The notes under the pieces were generated by a model, which did no database searches, was not told the origin of the DNA, and saw only the letters and a program-made list of their open reading frames with translations. The translations under genes were made by a program, and so were the position numbers. From positions 124,001 to 188,000 of the forward strand of contig NIVC01001001.1 in NCBI GenBank assembly GCA_002269645.1: a stretch of 64,000 nucleotides of DNA, read 5' to 3'. How positions within the stretch are numbered: the stretch's first letter is position 1; each line of letters starts with the position of its first letter. Positions 53,042 through 64,000 of this stretch are shown here, one piece after another. This DNA is from Macrostomum lignano (taxonomy: Eukaryota).

Positions 53042-55329
53042 CTTTGATGATTTATTGATTGTACTGAGTATTCAATCAGATGAATGAGTTGAAATTTTTA
53101 TTGCACAATAATGGCTGAAAAATAGAATGGTAACTGGTTGCTATTACTTTAAGTAGTAGCATGAGAAATTTAGTTCTTTAGTTTTAAACTAATTACAATT
53201 TGCTATTATAATTATAATTTGCTATAGTACGAGCTATGTTATATATCAATAAATTTAGTGAATGAGAGCTTTGTTTTACAAAAAAATTGCGTCACAAATC
53301 ATCATTAATATAAATGGATGCATTTAGGATAGAAAGATTTTTAACATGTTTTTTTCATTGCATGTTTATTGACTAAATGCACAATAAATATAAAACAGTG
53401 ACTTATAAAGTAAAAGTTAAAGTTAAGGATCACAACTACTTTTAGGCCTATGCCAGAATAAATATATAATATCTTAGCTCAATTTGTATAACCCTAACAA
53501 ATTATCTTCAACAAGACTTTTAGGCTGATCCTTATTAATTGCCTTATAAATTCATTATTACAAAAAGTAGCTATGTTATATTGTATCTCTTTATTTTTAT
53601 TTTTATTATATAGATACATATAAAAAATATTTTATTAGCATAGTTATTGTTTATTTCTTTGGCATTTTTAGTACCTACACATCTAAAACCCTTGTTATAT
53701 ATGGGACTTTTTCTTTATTTAGTCTGTGCATTCTTTCTATTTCCTAGGTTTTATCTTTCTAATTCAGTGCTTCTAATAGTAACTTGCATGGTACTTATTG
53801 TGTCACTGTATTTTGCTATAGTAAAACAATTTGTTTTGATTTACACATAAATGTAGACTAGACAGCACATCAATTCAAACTTTTGAATAGAATAGAAATA
53901 GGGGAACTGGTTGCAAAGGAAAGTGGGTTGGTGGCGGGCCAACAATGGGGGTACAAATGTAATACATAATTGTTAAAAGCTGACTGTACAGTGGAATTGG
54001 ACTTTCTAAGAATGCATCAAATAATGATAAACTTGTTTTTTAATTTTCTTTTTCAGTAATAAATATTTTAGTCCATTAGTAGTGCAACAAAAAAATTGTT
54101 AAAGGGGGCAGATTCTGAAGAGTAAAGGGGTGGGTTTCACAAACGCAAAATTTCATAACCGCTAAAAGCACTAGCTTTCATAAATGCAAAACTTCACAAC
54201 TGCTAAATTGTTTGCAGTCACTTTCATAAACATGAAACTTCACAACTGCAAAACTTCATAACCACTAAAACACCTACTTTCATAAGTGCTAAATTTCATA
54301 AATGCGAAACTTCACAACCACTAATTTTTTTGCAGTCACTTTCACAAACTCGAAACTTCACAACCGCTAAATGTCACCTACTTTCACAACTGCTAGATGC
54401 CATCTACTTTCACAACTGCTAAATGTCATCTACTTTCACAACCGCTAAATGTCATCTACTTTCACAACCACTAAATGTCATCTACTTTCACAACCGCAAA
54501 ATGTCATCTACTTTTACAACCGCTAAATGTCATCTACTTTCAAAACTGCAAAACTTTACAACAGCCAAATGTCCTTCAAGTAATCATTTCTGCAGGTTTC
54601 TGTGGTTTAAGAATTAGTTTTAACACAAATGCATATTGTATTGAAAAAACTACATGACACTGCAGGCTATACAATGCGGCGCATAGCCCATAGGCTGCGG
54701 ATTTTATTTTTTAAAGGACATTTTGAAAAAGCTACCTACTTACATTACAAGCCACAACTGATGTGGTAAGCTAAACCATAGAATTATAGATAATATGGAA
54801 GTGAAGTCTTTTAAAAAGGGTTTGAAAAAATTTATATAACTGGGCTCTGGCTGGCCGACTGTTTTTTCTTATTCCCTTTGGCTTTGACAAAACTGGGCCA
54901 TTGCTTCCCATTCCATAAAAGGGGTATTGAGTGAGGGGCTGAGGGCCAATGAAATGTGGATACTAGAATATGAGCACTGAGCCGTTGTACATGGGTCCGA
55001 AACAACTTTTTAGGGTTTAGGGTTAGGTTATAGGAATATTGTAAAGATAGTGATAACTGCCATTTGAGTGCAATAAGAAAACTTGCTATGTAGTTTCAGT
55101 CATTCTCACATCAAGTTAAACTGACAAAGAACGGGTGATGGCTATATAATGTGCTTGGGGAATCGATTCAAAAGAAACCCTTTCTATAAACAGCTAACTG
55201 TATAGCTATTCACTACCCTCTGCAAAAAGAAATGCAGGACCATGGAGGGGCAGGAGGGGATGCAGGTAAGAGAAATAAACTGTACAGTTACAAGCTAGCT
55301 TGTATATACACAAGTCTTTGTTGTGTTGG

Positions 55330-55790
55330 TAAGATATAAGAAAACTTACAAGAGTTGCCAGAGAAAAGAGCAGCTCTGCTTTTATCACAGCAGGTTTCAG
55401 TCACACCAAGAGCTTCAAAATCTGCCAGGCTCCTTACAGATTGCAAACTCTGGTTTAGATAGTACTGTTAAGCTTCCTTGGTTAATCTTTCACAGGAACA
55501 TAGAAGGGGCTTTGTTAACACCTCCTTCATCTTCAACAGCAACCAGCAGTTTGGCACAGGCTCGCTTGACAGTTTTTTTTTGCACTGAAATTGACTTGGC
55601 AAACTTGCCTGCAACATAGAAAGTGACGATGTCATCAGCATCTCACAATTCACCCACTGCCTCCAGTTCGCAAATGGATTCCTTGACTTCTTCATCTATG
55701 CCTCGGTGCTGCTTGATGATTCCGCAGCAAGGTAGGTACTGAATATCCCGAGGCACAACTCCACTGAACTGCTTTTACAGTTTTTCTAGT
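55330..55790 (-). pseudogene. Fragment of a P-element/THAP9-type transposase C-terminal region, with in-frame stops
   Basis: Hand translation: DADDIVTFYVAGKFAKSISVQKKTVKRACAKLL...SMFL*KINQGSLTVLSKPEFAIC resembles the YIAGY..K...C..L...F......GGL..PS...C pattern. Confidence 0.5.
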
Positions 55791-56084
55791 TGCGCACGTA
55801 GTTTTTCTACATCATTAAGATGGCATAGCTGCCAGTCCATATCTGATCTGACTTGATCTCGGCTGGCAATCTTTCCTGTGCCTATTGATTGTACTTGTCC
55901 TCACATTATGAACATGCCAGCGTGGAACAATGGATCAAACAAAAATTGCTGTCTCATTCCACTGCTTGCCTTGATTTTGATTTTTTAAACGCTCTTTTGT
56001 TCAATCATGCTGTAAGTCAAATTTGAAGCCAGTTTCAAAGGCTTTTGCTCTTCAATGTTTACATGTTTACAATGTCTACGTAGG

Positions 56085-58790
56085 TGATTTGAATTTGTTG
56101 AAGGCCATAGGGGCTCAAGGCTTCTCCTAATAGACCAGAATGCATACAGGTGCAAAAGAACATTGAACAAGAAGTACTATTTTACATGTCGTAATGAAGA
56201 CTGCTTCGCCAAAGTTATGCTAAGTGGTGAGACTGCCACACACAGTGGGACTCATAAAGATGGTCCAATCCCTGATGAAGAAATTGAAAGATGAAGTTAA
56301 AGCGACGACTAAATGAAGCTGAGACAAAACAGCCAGAAAAGTGCCTATGAGTAGTTTTTGACAAAATAACAAATGATAAAGCAGCTAGGCCAGATGTTGG
56401 ATTTCCAGAAATGGAGCTCCGCATGTGGCGAGCAAGATGAGCTGTACAGCCTCGAATCCCAACATCTGTTGATGAGGCTGTCGAACTTCTGCATGACATG
56501 GACATGCATTTGCAAAACTGCGGAGTAGATAGCAAGAAAGTTTTCCAGAAAAGCAGTCAAGTTGACCAGCATGCTGCTGTTTTTTTTGCTCACCCTGAAC
56601 TCCTGGCTGAGCTTCAAAATGCAAACAACATTTTTGTTGATGGCACATTCCGAGTTGTGCCTTGCCTGTTTTTTTCAATTAGTGACCATTGGAATCATTA
56701 AACAAGGTTTCTTTTTTCCTTGCTTTTTTGTGCTACTTACTGGCAAGACAAAGGCCCTCTACCATTTAGTGTGGTCGAAGGTAAAGCAGCTGTTTCCTGC
56801 CTTTGAGCCACTGAGTGTCATGATGGATTACAAAATTGCACTGCGAGATTCTCTACTGGAAGCGTTTCCAACATCAACCGCTCATGGATGTTGGTTTTAC
56901 AAGCTGTCCTCACGAAGCTAAAAAAGCTTGGACTATGGAGTGAAGTGTGCCACAACACTAACGTTTGCAGCTATGTGAGACTGCATTTGTGCTTGCCTCT
57001 GCTTCCTGCGCAACACCTTGCTGCACTTCATGCTGTCCTGCAACCTGAGACATTTGTTACAACACTTGCCAATGACAAGATGGAAGCACTGCATCGAGCC
57101 TACATGTACATCCGGACCTATTGGCTAGAGAGGGTTGGTGCAGCCATCCTCTCTGTGCACAACTGCAAAGACAGGACCAATAATAAGCAGGAATCCTACC
57201 ATAGTCATTGGAGGACCTTTGTAGAGACCACTCATCCCAATATGTGGGATTTCATTGTAGTGCTTTATTCCTCAACAAAAAGAAGCAGTTGTTCAACCTA
57301 TGCAGCTGACCTAAATAGGCTAAAATGTGGTGTTCCAATCCACCGAGTGCGAGGAAAGTGCAGTGTACTAAAAAGTATCCGCATTCGGCAGCAGTATGAC
57401 CTACTACGAGGGGTGTCCAAAAAGTAGTGATACTTTTAACCGTAGCTCTCGTTATGTAGCTTCCTGTGATTTAAAATTTTATGAACTGATAGTGGGAAAT
57501 CTCTTCTACAGACTGCTTTTTGAATTTTTAAAATTGATACCAGAGAACAAAAGTTATACCCACAAAAGTAACAGTACCTGTACCATAGAGTTACACAGAT
57601 TATATCAAAATTTATGATAGTCGACTTCTGCACTTATTCATTAAGAAGGCATCGATAAATGTCTTGTTTAAGCAATACCAAAGCCCAATTGCAAAATTAT
57701 GCTCACTGCGACTGACTGAAATTTGTCTATGGACAGAATCATGCGCAGAAAAATAAAGCATTAAATTCATTACTTTACTTGCAAACAGAGGAGCTTGCAT
57801 TTTGCAATTGATTTCATTGCCTATACTCGATAACACACATGGATGTGCACTCAGTTGTTGCTCAGCAAAGTACTATCTTCACTCTTTGGGGTGCTGGCCA
57901 TAGTGCCTCAGAAATTCATGCAAAACTTTGCTCTGCGCACGGATTCTCTGCAGTCAGCAAAATGACATGAGTTTATCGATGGATGGAGCAGTTCAGCAAG
58001 GGAAGGACTGACTTGGCAGATCAGCATCGGACGGGCGGCCATACATTCATCGACCTGGCGGACTCCATTCTGAATCTTCTTGATGAGGACTCCCGAATGA
58101 CCATTAGAGAGATTGCTGACAGGTTGGACAAGCCGAAATTAACAATTCATAGAAGCTTACTCGGCATGGATCTCGTGAAGCTCAGCCTATAATTTGTGTA
58201 ACTCTATGATACAGGTACTGTTACTTTTGTGGGTATAACTTTTGTTCTCTGGTATCAATTTTAAAAATTCAAAAAGCAGTCTGTAGAAGAGATTTGCCGC
58301 TATCAATTCATAAAATTTTAAATCACAGGAAGCTACAGAACAAGAGCTACGGTTAAAAGTATCACTACTTTTTGGACACCCCTCGTATTAAGCAGTGGAC
58401 GGGCAACTGCTCTGGAGGTTCTACGCAATTTGAGTGTATCAGCTGGTCTCCCTCTAGACAACCCACATGATGCTGCTGAACTAGCTGTAGGTCAGTTGCC
58501 AGATGTTGCCCAGCCGGCCCTTGGCAACGCCAGCAGGCAGCCGCAAGTCATCGCCCAGCCAGCCCTTGGCAGCTCCAGGTCATTGCCTAGCCGGCCCTTG
58601 GTGATGCTAGTGGGCAGCCGCAAGACATCACCTAGCTGGCCATTGGTGGCACTGGTGGGCAGCTGCAAGACGTCACCCAGCTGGCCATTGGCGGCGCTGG
58701 TGGGCAGCCGCAAGACGCCGCCCAGCATTTCATGCACATTTTTCTGTTTTGTTGTTGTTATCTTGCCGTTTGTCAAATACAACCTTTAGA
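56085..58790 (+). pseudogene. FLYWCH + MULE transposase pseudogene; frameshifts and stops, interrupted by a mariner
   Basis: EFVEGHRGSRLLLIDQNAY..YYFTCRNEDCFAK..HSGTH (FLYWCH); FVDGTFRVVP..FFQLVTI; VMMDY; HGCWF; RTNNKQES..HPNMWDFI. Reading frame resumes after 58387 (QQYDLL|LSSGRATALEVLRNLS). Confidence 0.9.
57407..58385 (+). mobile_element. Non-autonomous mariner, 979 bp, nested in the MULE transposase
   Basis: TA TSD; ~190-bp TIRs beginning CGAGGGGTGTCCAAAAAGT. Internal 57839-58192 encodes only the HTH region (ASEIHAKL..VYRWMEQFSKGRTDLADQHRTG..DSRMTIREIA) with one stop and no DDD domain. Confidence 0.92.
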
Positions 58791-60264
58791 CTCTGGCAGT
58801 TTGTACCCCCGTTTCCCTGCTACCCCATCAATGTAGAGCTAGAACCTGCTATGGCCAGTGAGAATTGAGAAAGGCACAAGGGCCAGCAAAATAAAACAGT
58901 ACGAGTATGCTCTCTTCCCAAATGGGAAACAAGTGTTCTTTCATTGAAAACATGGTCAAAAAACCTGCCTCTGTTCTGAGTTCCGAGTTCTAGATCTATA
59001 TAATTATAAACTGTTTTATTATTAATATATTTAGACTACTCTATCATTTCTGTATTATTCCTAAATTTCTGAGTCTTAAGTACTGCCCTGTACTTTACAG
59101 TTCAAACATTAAGAAATTTTGGTCTTATGAAGCCTCCACCGAGAAGACGAATGTATAATAGCTTCATTACATATACAAAATGTACGAGTATCTGCCTTTA
59201 CTTAACTGAGAATAATTATTGACGTCACTGTTATGGAACATAAAACCTACCACTTGGTATCTGTGCCCAGTTGGCAATGGAACTCTACTATAATAAGAAA
59301 GTAGATGACATATGCTCGTATTTAGCGACTATAAAGTTTCGTGTAGACAACATTTAGCAATTGTGAAAGTAGATAACATTTAGCAGTTGTGAAAGTAGAT
59401 GACATTTAGCAGTTGTGAAAGTAGATGGCATTTAGCGGTTGTAAAGTTTTGCGGTTGTGAAGTTTTGCGTTTGTGAAAGTGACTGCAAAAAATAGCGGTT
59501 GTGAAGTTTCGCATTTGTGAAATTTAGTGCTTATGAAAGTAGGTGATTTAGCAGTTGTGAAGTTTCGCGTTTATGAAAGTAGGTGATTTAGTGGTTATGA
59601 AATTTTGCATTTGTGAAAGCAACCAAGGTAAAGACCTTAGGGGCCATGAAGTAATGGGGGGGGGGTGACCTGTGGCCTGTGGTCTTGGACTGAAAACCTC
59701 ATCTTGCTCTTAAGTGGAAAAAGGTTGCCAACCCCTAAATTTACAAGGACACTATATTTGATTCTATATAAGCCCCCTAAAATGATTTTTTCTACTAATT
59801 ATCTATAGATATATTTTTTGTTTACCAGCCTCTACTAACTGTCTAGATATATTTTTGATCAATATATATACACTTTCTACAATTCTACATAGTTTCCATT
59901 CATACTAGAGTAGCCTAATATCATGTGTAATTTGAGAGATAAGAATTGGGTATATATGAAATCTACATTCTACAATACTGTTTAATAGGGTGGAAGAGTG
60001 GCTCTATATTTTGGTAAAGGCAGCCCTTCTGACACCCCCTACCCCTAGTTGCACTATAAAAATCAGTGTATATATGAATATACATTTTGTGTAGGCAAGT
60101 ATAAACTAGGTTTTTGGTTTCTTTTTTATATTAATCAAATAAAATCAATCAATTAGCGTAGATAGACTAGCAACAATTCAGAATTAAGCTAGGCTATATA
60201 TATTGATATATATCTATTTATTTATTGCAATTAGCATCAACTATATCTATTTTTATAATAACAA

Positions 60265-61318
60265 AGTTTGGCATTCTTCTCAAATTGTTCATTTAACTAT
60301 TTTTCAGTGTTTTTCATATTTTCTCTACTTTAGAAGCTGATTTTAGCATGTTTGTATATACCTCAAGCTATTAAAATAGTACAATTAACAACTTTGTTTT
60401 TTAAGCACTTTTTCTATCTTTAGCAATTCCTAATGATTCCTAACAATTTGAGGGCAGCCTCCTGGCATGGTGTTATAGACTTAATGGTTGGTTAATGGTC
60501 TTAGCAAGAACTAATTAGTAGCAAGAAAAGAAGTCTGAGTGCTTAGACTTCCTTTTCCTCTAACCAACTCATCCCTTTGGACCATATATATTCCCAACAA
60601 GCATAAGCATACATGCGCGACAGTTGGCCGATCCGGCTGACCGATTTGGCGGCCAACCAAGGAAGTCGCAAAAATGCCCACCCGAAAAAATAATCAAGTA
60701 GTAGTACTAAGTAGCTGACGAGGCATTTTGGCTTAATAAGACAATCATAGTTACTCCTGCCATTTACTCAAAGTTGCGTTAATTTTGCTTTAGGGTTTTT
60801 TTACATGTAAGTCACATTTTTGGCCAAAAACTACGTCGCATTTTTGTTAAAACTAAGTCGCATGGCCGACCAAATTTCAGAGGTTGCGCATGTATGAGCA
60901 TAAGTGCCATATTAAACAACATGTGTTAGATTTGTATTTTCTGTTTTGCAATATTTTCTGTTTTGCAATTCAGCCTCGTACTTTTCAGTTAGCCAACTCT
61001 TTTCATCTACTATGCTCTTCCCATAGACAATCTGAGCCAATAATTTACTATAGATATTTAAGCTAACCTGTTTGCTATGTTAGTATAAATATAAGTTTAA
61101 CTTGTGGCCTAGGCTTTTCACTTCTTTTTTGCCCCACTCTAGGGAGTCTAGTCTAAAGATGGAAAAAGTTGTCAAAAAAAAATTAATTTTACTGTTTTAA
61201 TAGCTTAGGGGATGTCTAAACATGCTAAACTCAGCTTCTAAAGTGGAGAAAATATAAAACATTGAAAAAATAGTTGAATAAATGATTTGAGAAGAATGCC
61301 TAAAGTTTAGAAATGTCC
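60265..61318. mobile_element. Probable non-autonomous DNA element with ~160-bp diverged inverted repeats (60265-60423, 61152-61318)
   Basis: GGCATTCTTCTCAAAT..TTTAGAAGCTGA..TTAGCATGTTT..AGCTATTAAAA present in inverted orientation at both ends; TSD not identified. Confidence 0.6.
60608..60896. mobile_element. 289-bp MITE with 8-bp TSD
   Basis: TIR CATACATGCGC(G/A)AC; AGCATAAG duplicated at 60600-07 and 60897-904. Confidence 0.8.
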
Positions 61319-62949
61319 CAAGATGAAATTTTTGTATGAAATCCTAGACACATTTTATGCACGCTGACAAAAACGTGTACACACATTTCTGGCTAACTTG
61401 CATAACTTAAAAAGGTTTACATGTGCACAACTGATAACTTATTATTCTAAGAAATCTTACAAAACTTCATTTAAAATTTTAAATATTGCACTTGTTGTTG
61501 AAAAAACAAAGTTATTACATATCTAAAAATTACATTAAAAGTACATTAGCCTCTGCAAACTACATTAAACTCAAAAGAGAATTATAAAGTTTATTTTTAA
61601 AGATTTATTTAAACTTTAACAAAACATTGTAAAAAAGTTGCTTAAAAATTATTGTGCCAAAAAACTTGCATGGTTTTGGGTAAAAAACTTGCATGAAAAA
61701 AATGTGCATAACTTTTTGTTTCAAAATTGTTATGCAAAGATTCTATCCTATGTAATGACTATCAAAAGCTGTGGATTATGATAGATATAAATTATGGTAG
61801 CATAATAGGACTTATCATAGGCCTATTGGCATTAGTCAATAGGAATATGGGTTAATAGGGCCCATACAAAAATGAGTTTTTATTCTATAATAGGCCTATA
61901 CTTTTAGATTAGGGCCTATATACTACAAACTATAGATATGTTACATTAGATATTTATACTCTGTAATCATATACAGGTGAGCTTTAGCTTGAATGTATTA
62001 TCATATATGTCTAGCCCTAGCTGTCCCCTGGCTGAAGCTTTAGATAAACTTAGTAAGCTCTCTTCCCTAGTAGTGCATACCATGTATATATAGTAGGCCT
62101 ACATAGTACTAAAAACTAGGCCCTAGATCTAGACCACCTAAGACATTGTTGTTGCATTTGAGAATTTTTCCAAAAGAACTGTATCTTTGTAAGTATAAGT
62201 CATAGAGTTGTTGACGTTCCTGGACACTTTGTCATTGAATAGGGCCTAGGCCTAGGGACTAGTACGGCCTAACGTCTAACGAATTGGCCATGAAAATAAT
62301 GGCAGGAGAAACAAGGATAAAGGCAAGACTAGGCCTACCAATCGTTAAAGTTATAGAGCCTAGTTTCTGCCGAAGAGCAGGAGTTAGAGTAGGCCTACAA
62401 GTACAACTACAACTAGAAGTATAGATAGGCTGATGATAGGCATTTGCTTGTCTCTTCTCGAATTTTTTATTCTTCTTGAACCCCGCTTCAATCAGAGGGA
62501 TAGTAAATTTGTTTACTTTAACTTTAAACAATTGTTTAATTTAAACTTTTTACCATTTCTTTGCAACACCACTGGAAGTACACGACCCGAGGTGGCTGGG
62601 ATACGCTTGTCCACTCGTCATGCCATGCAACCGAACCTGTCGTAGAAAAAATACTTTTGAATAGAAATTTGAAACCTAAAACTTATGTAAAACAGGCTTA
62701 AAAACAAATAAATAAAAAAATGCATATAAAAATTCAAAATAAATTTGGTAGTTTTTTAGGTTATCTGACATTTTTTTAATCAAAGAAAGAAACTATTTTT
62801 GTTTTAAAACACAAACATATTTTTAGGCCTGGCAATTTAACACTATATATTTCAAAAGGGAAAAATAAAAAATAAAAAATAAAGAATAAAAATACTTCAA
62901 TTGTTTCATACGATGGCGCAAAAAAACCTTATTACATTGCATTTGAAAT

Positions 62950-63136
62950 CAGGGGCGTAGCCAGGAATTTCCTACGGTGGGGATACACCAAGGTGAATTT
63001 CCTACGGGGGGATACACCAAGGTAAAAGTGCTCACATGGTTGCATGTATAGCGAAAAAGGGCAACAAAAAAGTTTTGGTCAGGCTCTTCGGGGGGGGGGA
63101 TACATCCCCCCTGATCCCCCCCTCCCAACGCCACTG
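62950..63136. mobile_element. 187-bp hAT-type MITE
   Basis: Ends CAGGGGCGTAG / CAACGCCACTG; 8-bp TSD TTTGAAAT on both sides. Confidence 0.85.
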
Positions 63137-64000
63137 TTTGAAATGGAAATAATGGCTGCTTCAGTCCGAGTGCAAAACCTTACAGAGATAGATTTTTCCC
63201 AGATAACTTGAGCAAAGTTAAAACCAACAATATATTATTTAAACTGGTGGTTTATAGCTAGCTGCTAGTTTTTTGGCTATTCGCTCAAACAAAGTTAACC
63301 AATTGTTTAAGAACTTCATCCTAGTAGTTTAAAAAACTGTGTTTCCGGGTTTTTTAACAGATACAAAACGGAAAGAGATTTAATTTAAAAAGGGGGATTT
63401 CTACGAAACTGAAAGAAATTAACTCCTATAGGCTTTTCACGAAGATCGGTTCCAGAACCAGAATAATACCGATTCCAGAACTAGAATCGGAAAAAATGAA
63501 AAGCGTCGAATTTTTCTATTCTATTTCTGTCCTATTATATTACTTCTTAAAAGATAAAAACATTTTTTTCTAAAATCGAGAAACCAGTATTCTCTTTAAA
63601 ATTTTTGAAATGTTATTTCAAAGCCGCGGGGTTAGCAAAGTTTATTACCACCTTTTTGCACCTCTTCAGGTCCCTCAATCTTGCAATATTTTTTAATACT
63701 CATAGAAAATTTGAGCAAAATAGCATAAAATATTCGCTGTTATTCTTACCTCAATGCTCAATACACCATTTTTAAAATAAAAAATAAATATACACTTTTT
63801 GGACTATTTAAGATTTTATTAGACTTCCTTGTTGTCAAAATTTTTTTGATATATTATAATATTATAGGGCTTTTTTCTTTCTTGTGAAAATCATGCCACT
63901 TGCTCTGTTTTAGAATATCTTGCTATTACTAAGTTGTACTAGGCCTGTGTGCTTTCTATTATGGCTATGAATATAATTTATCCTTTTAATCTTACGATAC

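Larger units (their letters stand above)
54128..59624 (+). mobile_element. Decayed Mutator-like (MULE) transposon, ~5.5 kb, with long internally repetitive TIRs
   Basis: Left GGTGGGTTTCACAAACGCAAAATTTCATAACC.. (to ~54570) is inverted relative to the right end (~59370-59624). Approximate 9-bp TSD AGAGTAAAG / AAGGTAAAG (7/9). Contains a MULE transposase. Confidence 0.8.

Noticed and set aside
58430-58789. 119-aa ORF as a separate gene
   Set aside because: It is the low-complexity C-terminal continuation of the interrupted MULE transposase.

Overview
Eukaryotic (metazoan) genomic DNA. Short GC-rich exons lie in a matrix of about 30 different mini/microsatellite arrays and decayed DNA transposons. 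The style resembles a free-living flatworm such as Macrostomum, but this is inference only. Genes reconstructed by hand from GT-AG splice sites and frame continuity: (1) a 2-exon two-TM membrane protein (-, 6778-5485); (2) a single-exon RFamide neuropeptide precursor, NKY/sNPF-like (+, 12004-12327); (3,4) two tandem 4-exon i-type lysozymes (+, 16396-17974 and 20120-20854); (5,6) two tandem 4-exon paralogues with a shared unnamed N-terminal domain and a C14orf93-like C-terminal domain (-, 30556-27304 and 48147-32870); (7) a 3-exon syntaxin-7/12 (-, 53041-51211). Mobile DNA: an internally deleted Harbinger with a 45-bp palindromic micro-element inside it, a CORE-type SINE, a ~5.5-kb decayed MULE carrying a nested mariner and a P-type transposase fragment, and small MITEs. 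The best candidate for an undescribed system is at 41.65-42.81 kb, antisense inside the 12.8-kb intron of gene 6. There a CCAAT/TATA/Inr promoter and a short non-coding exon precede a cluster of 6-7 pre-miRNA-like hairpins. Four of these share an almost invariant 22-nt 5p arm (UGGCGCUUUAUAGUCCAACGUG), co-varying lower stems and a CNNC motif at +16/17. Nearly all long ORFs in the supplied track are artefacts of tandem repeats.
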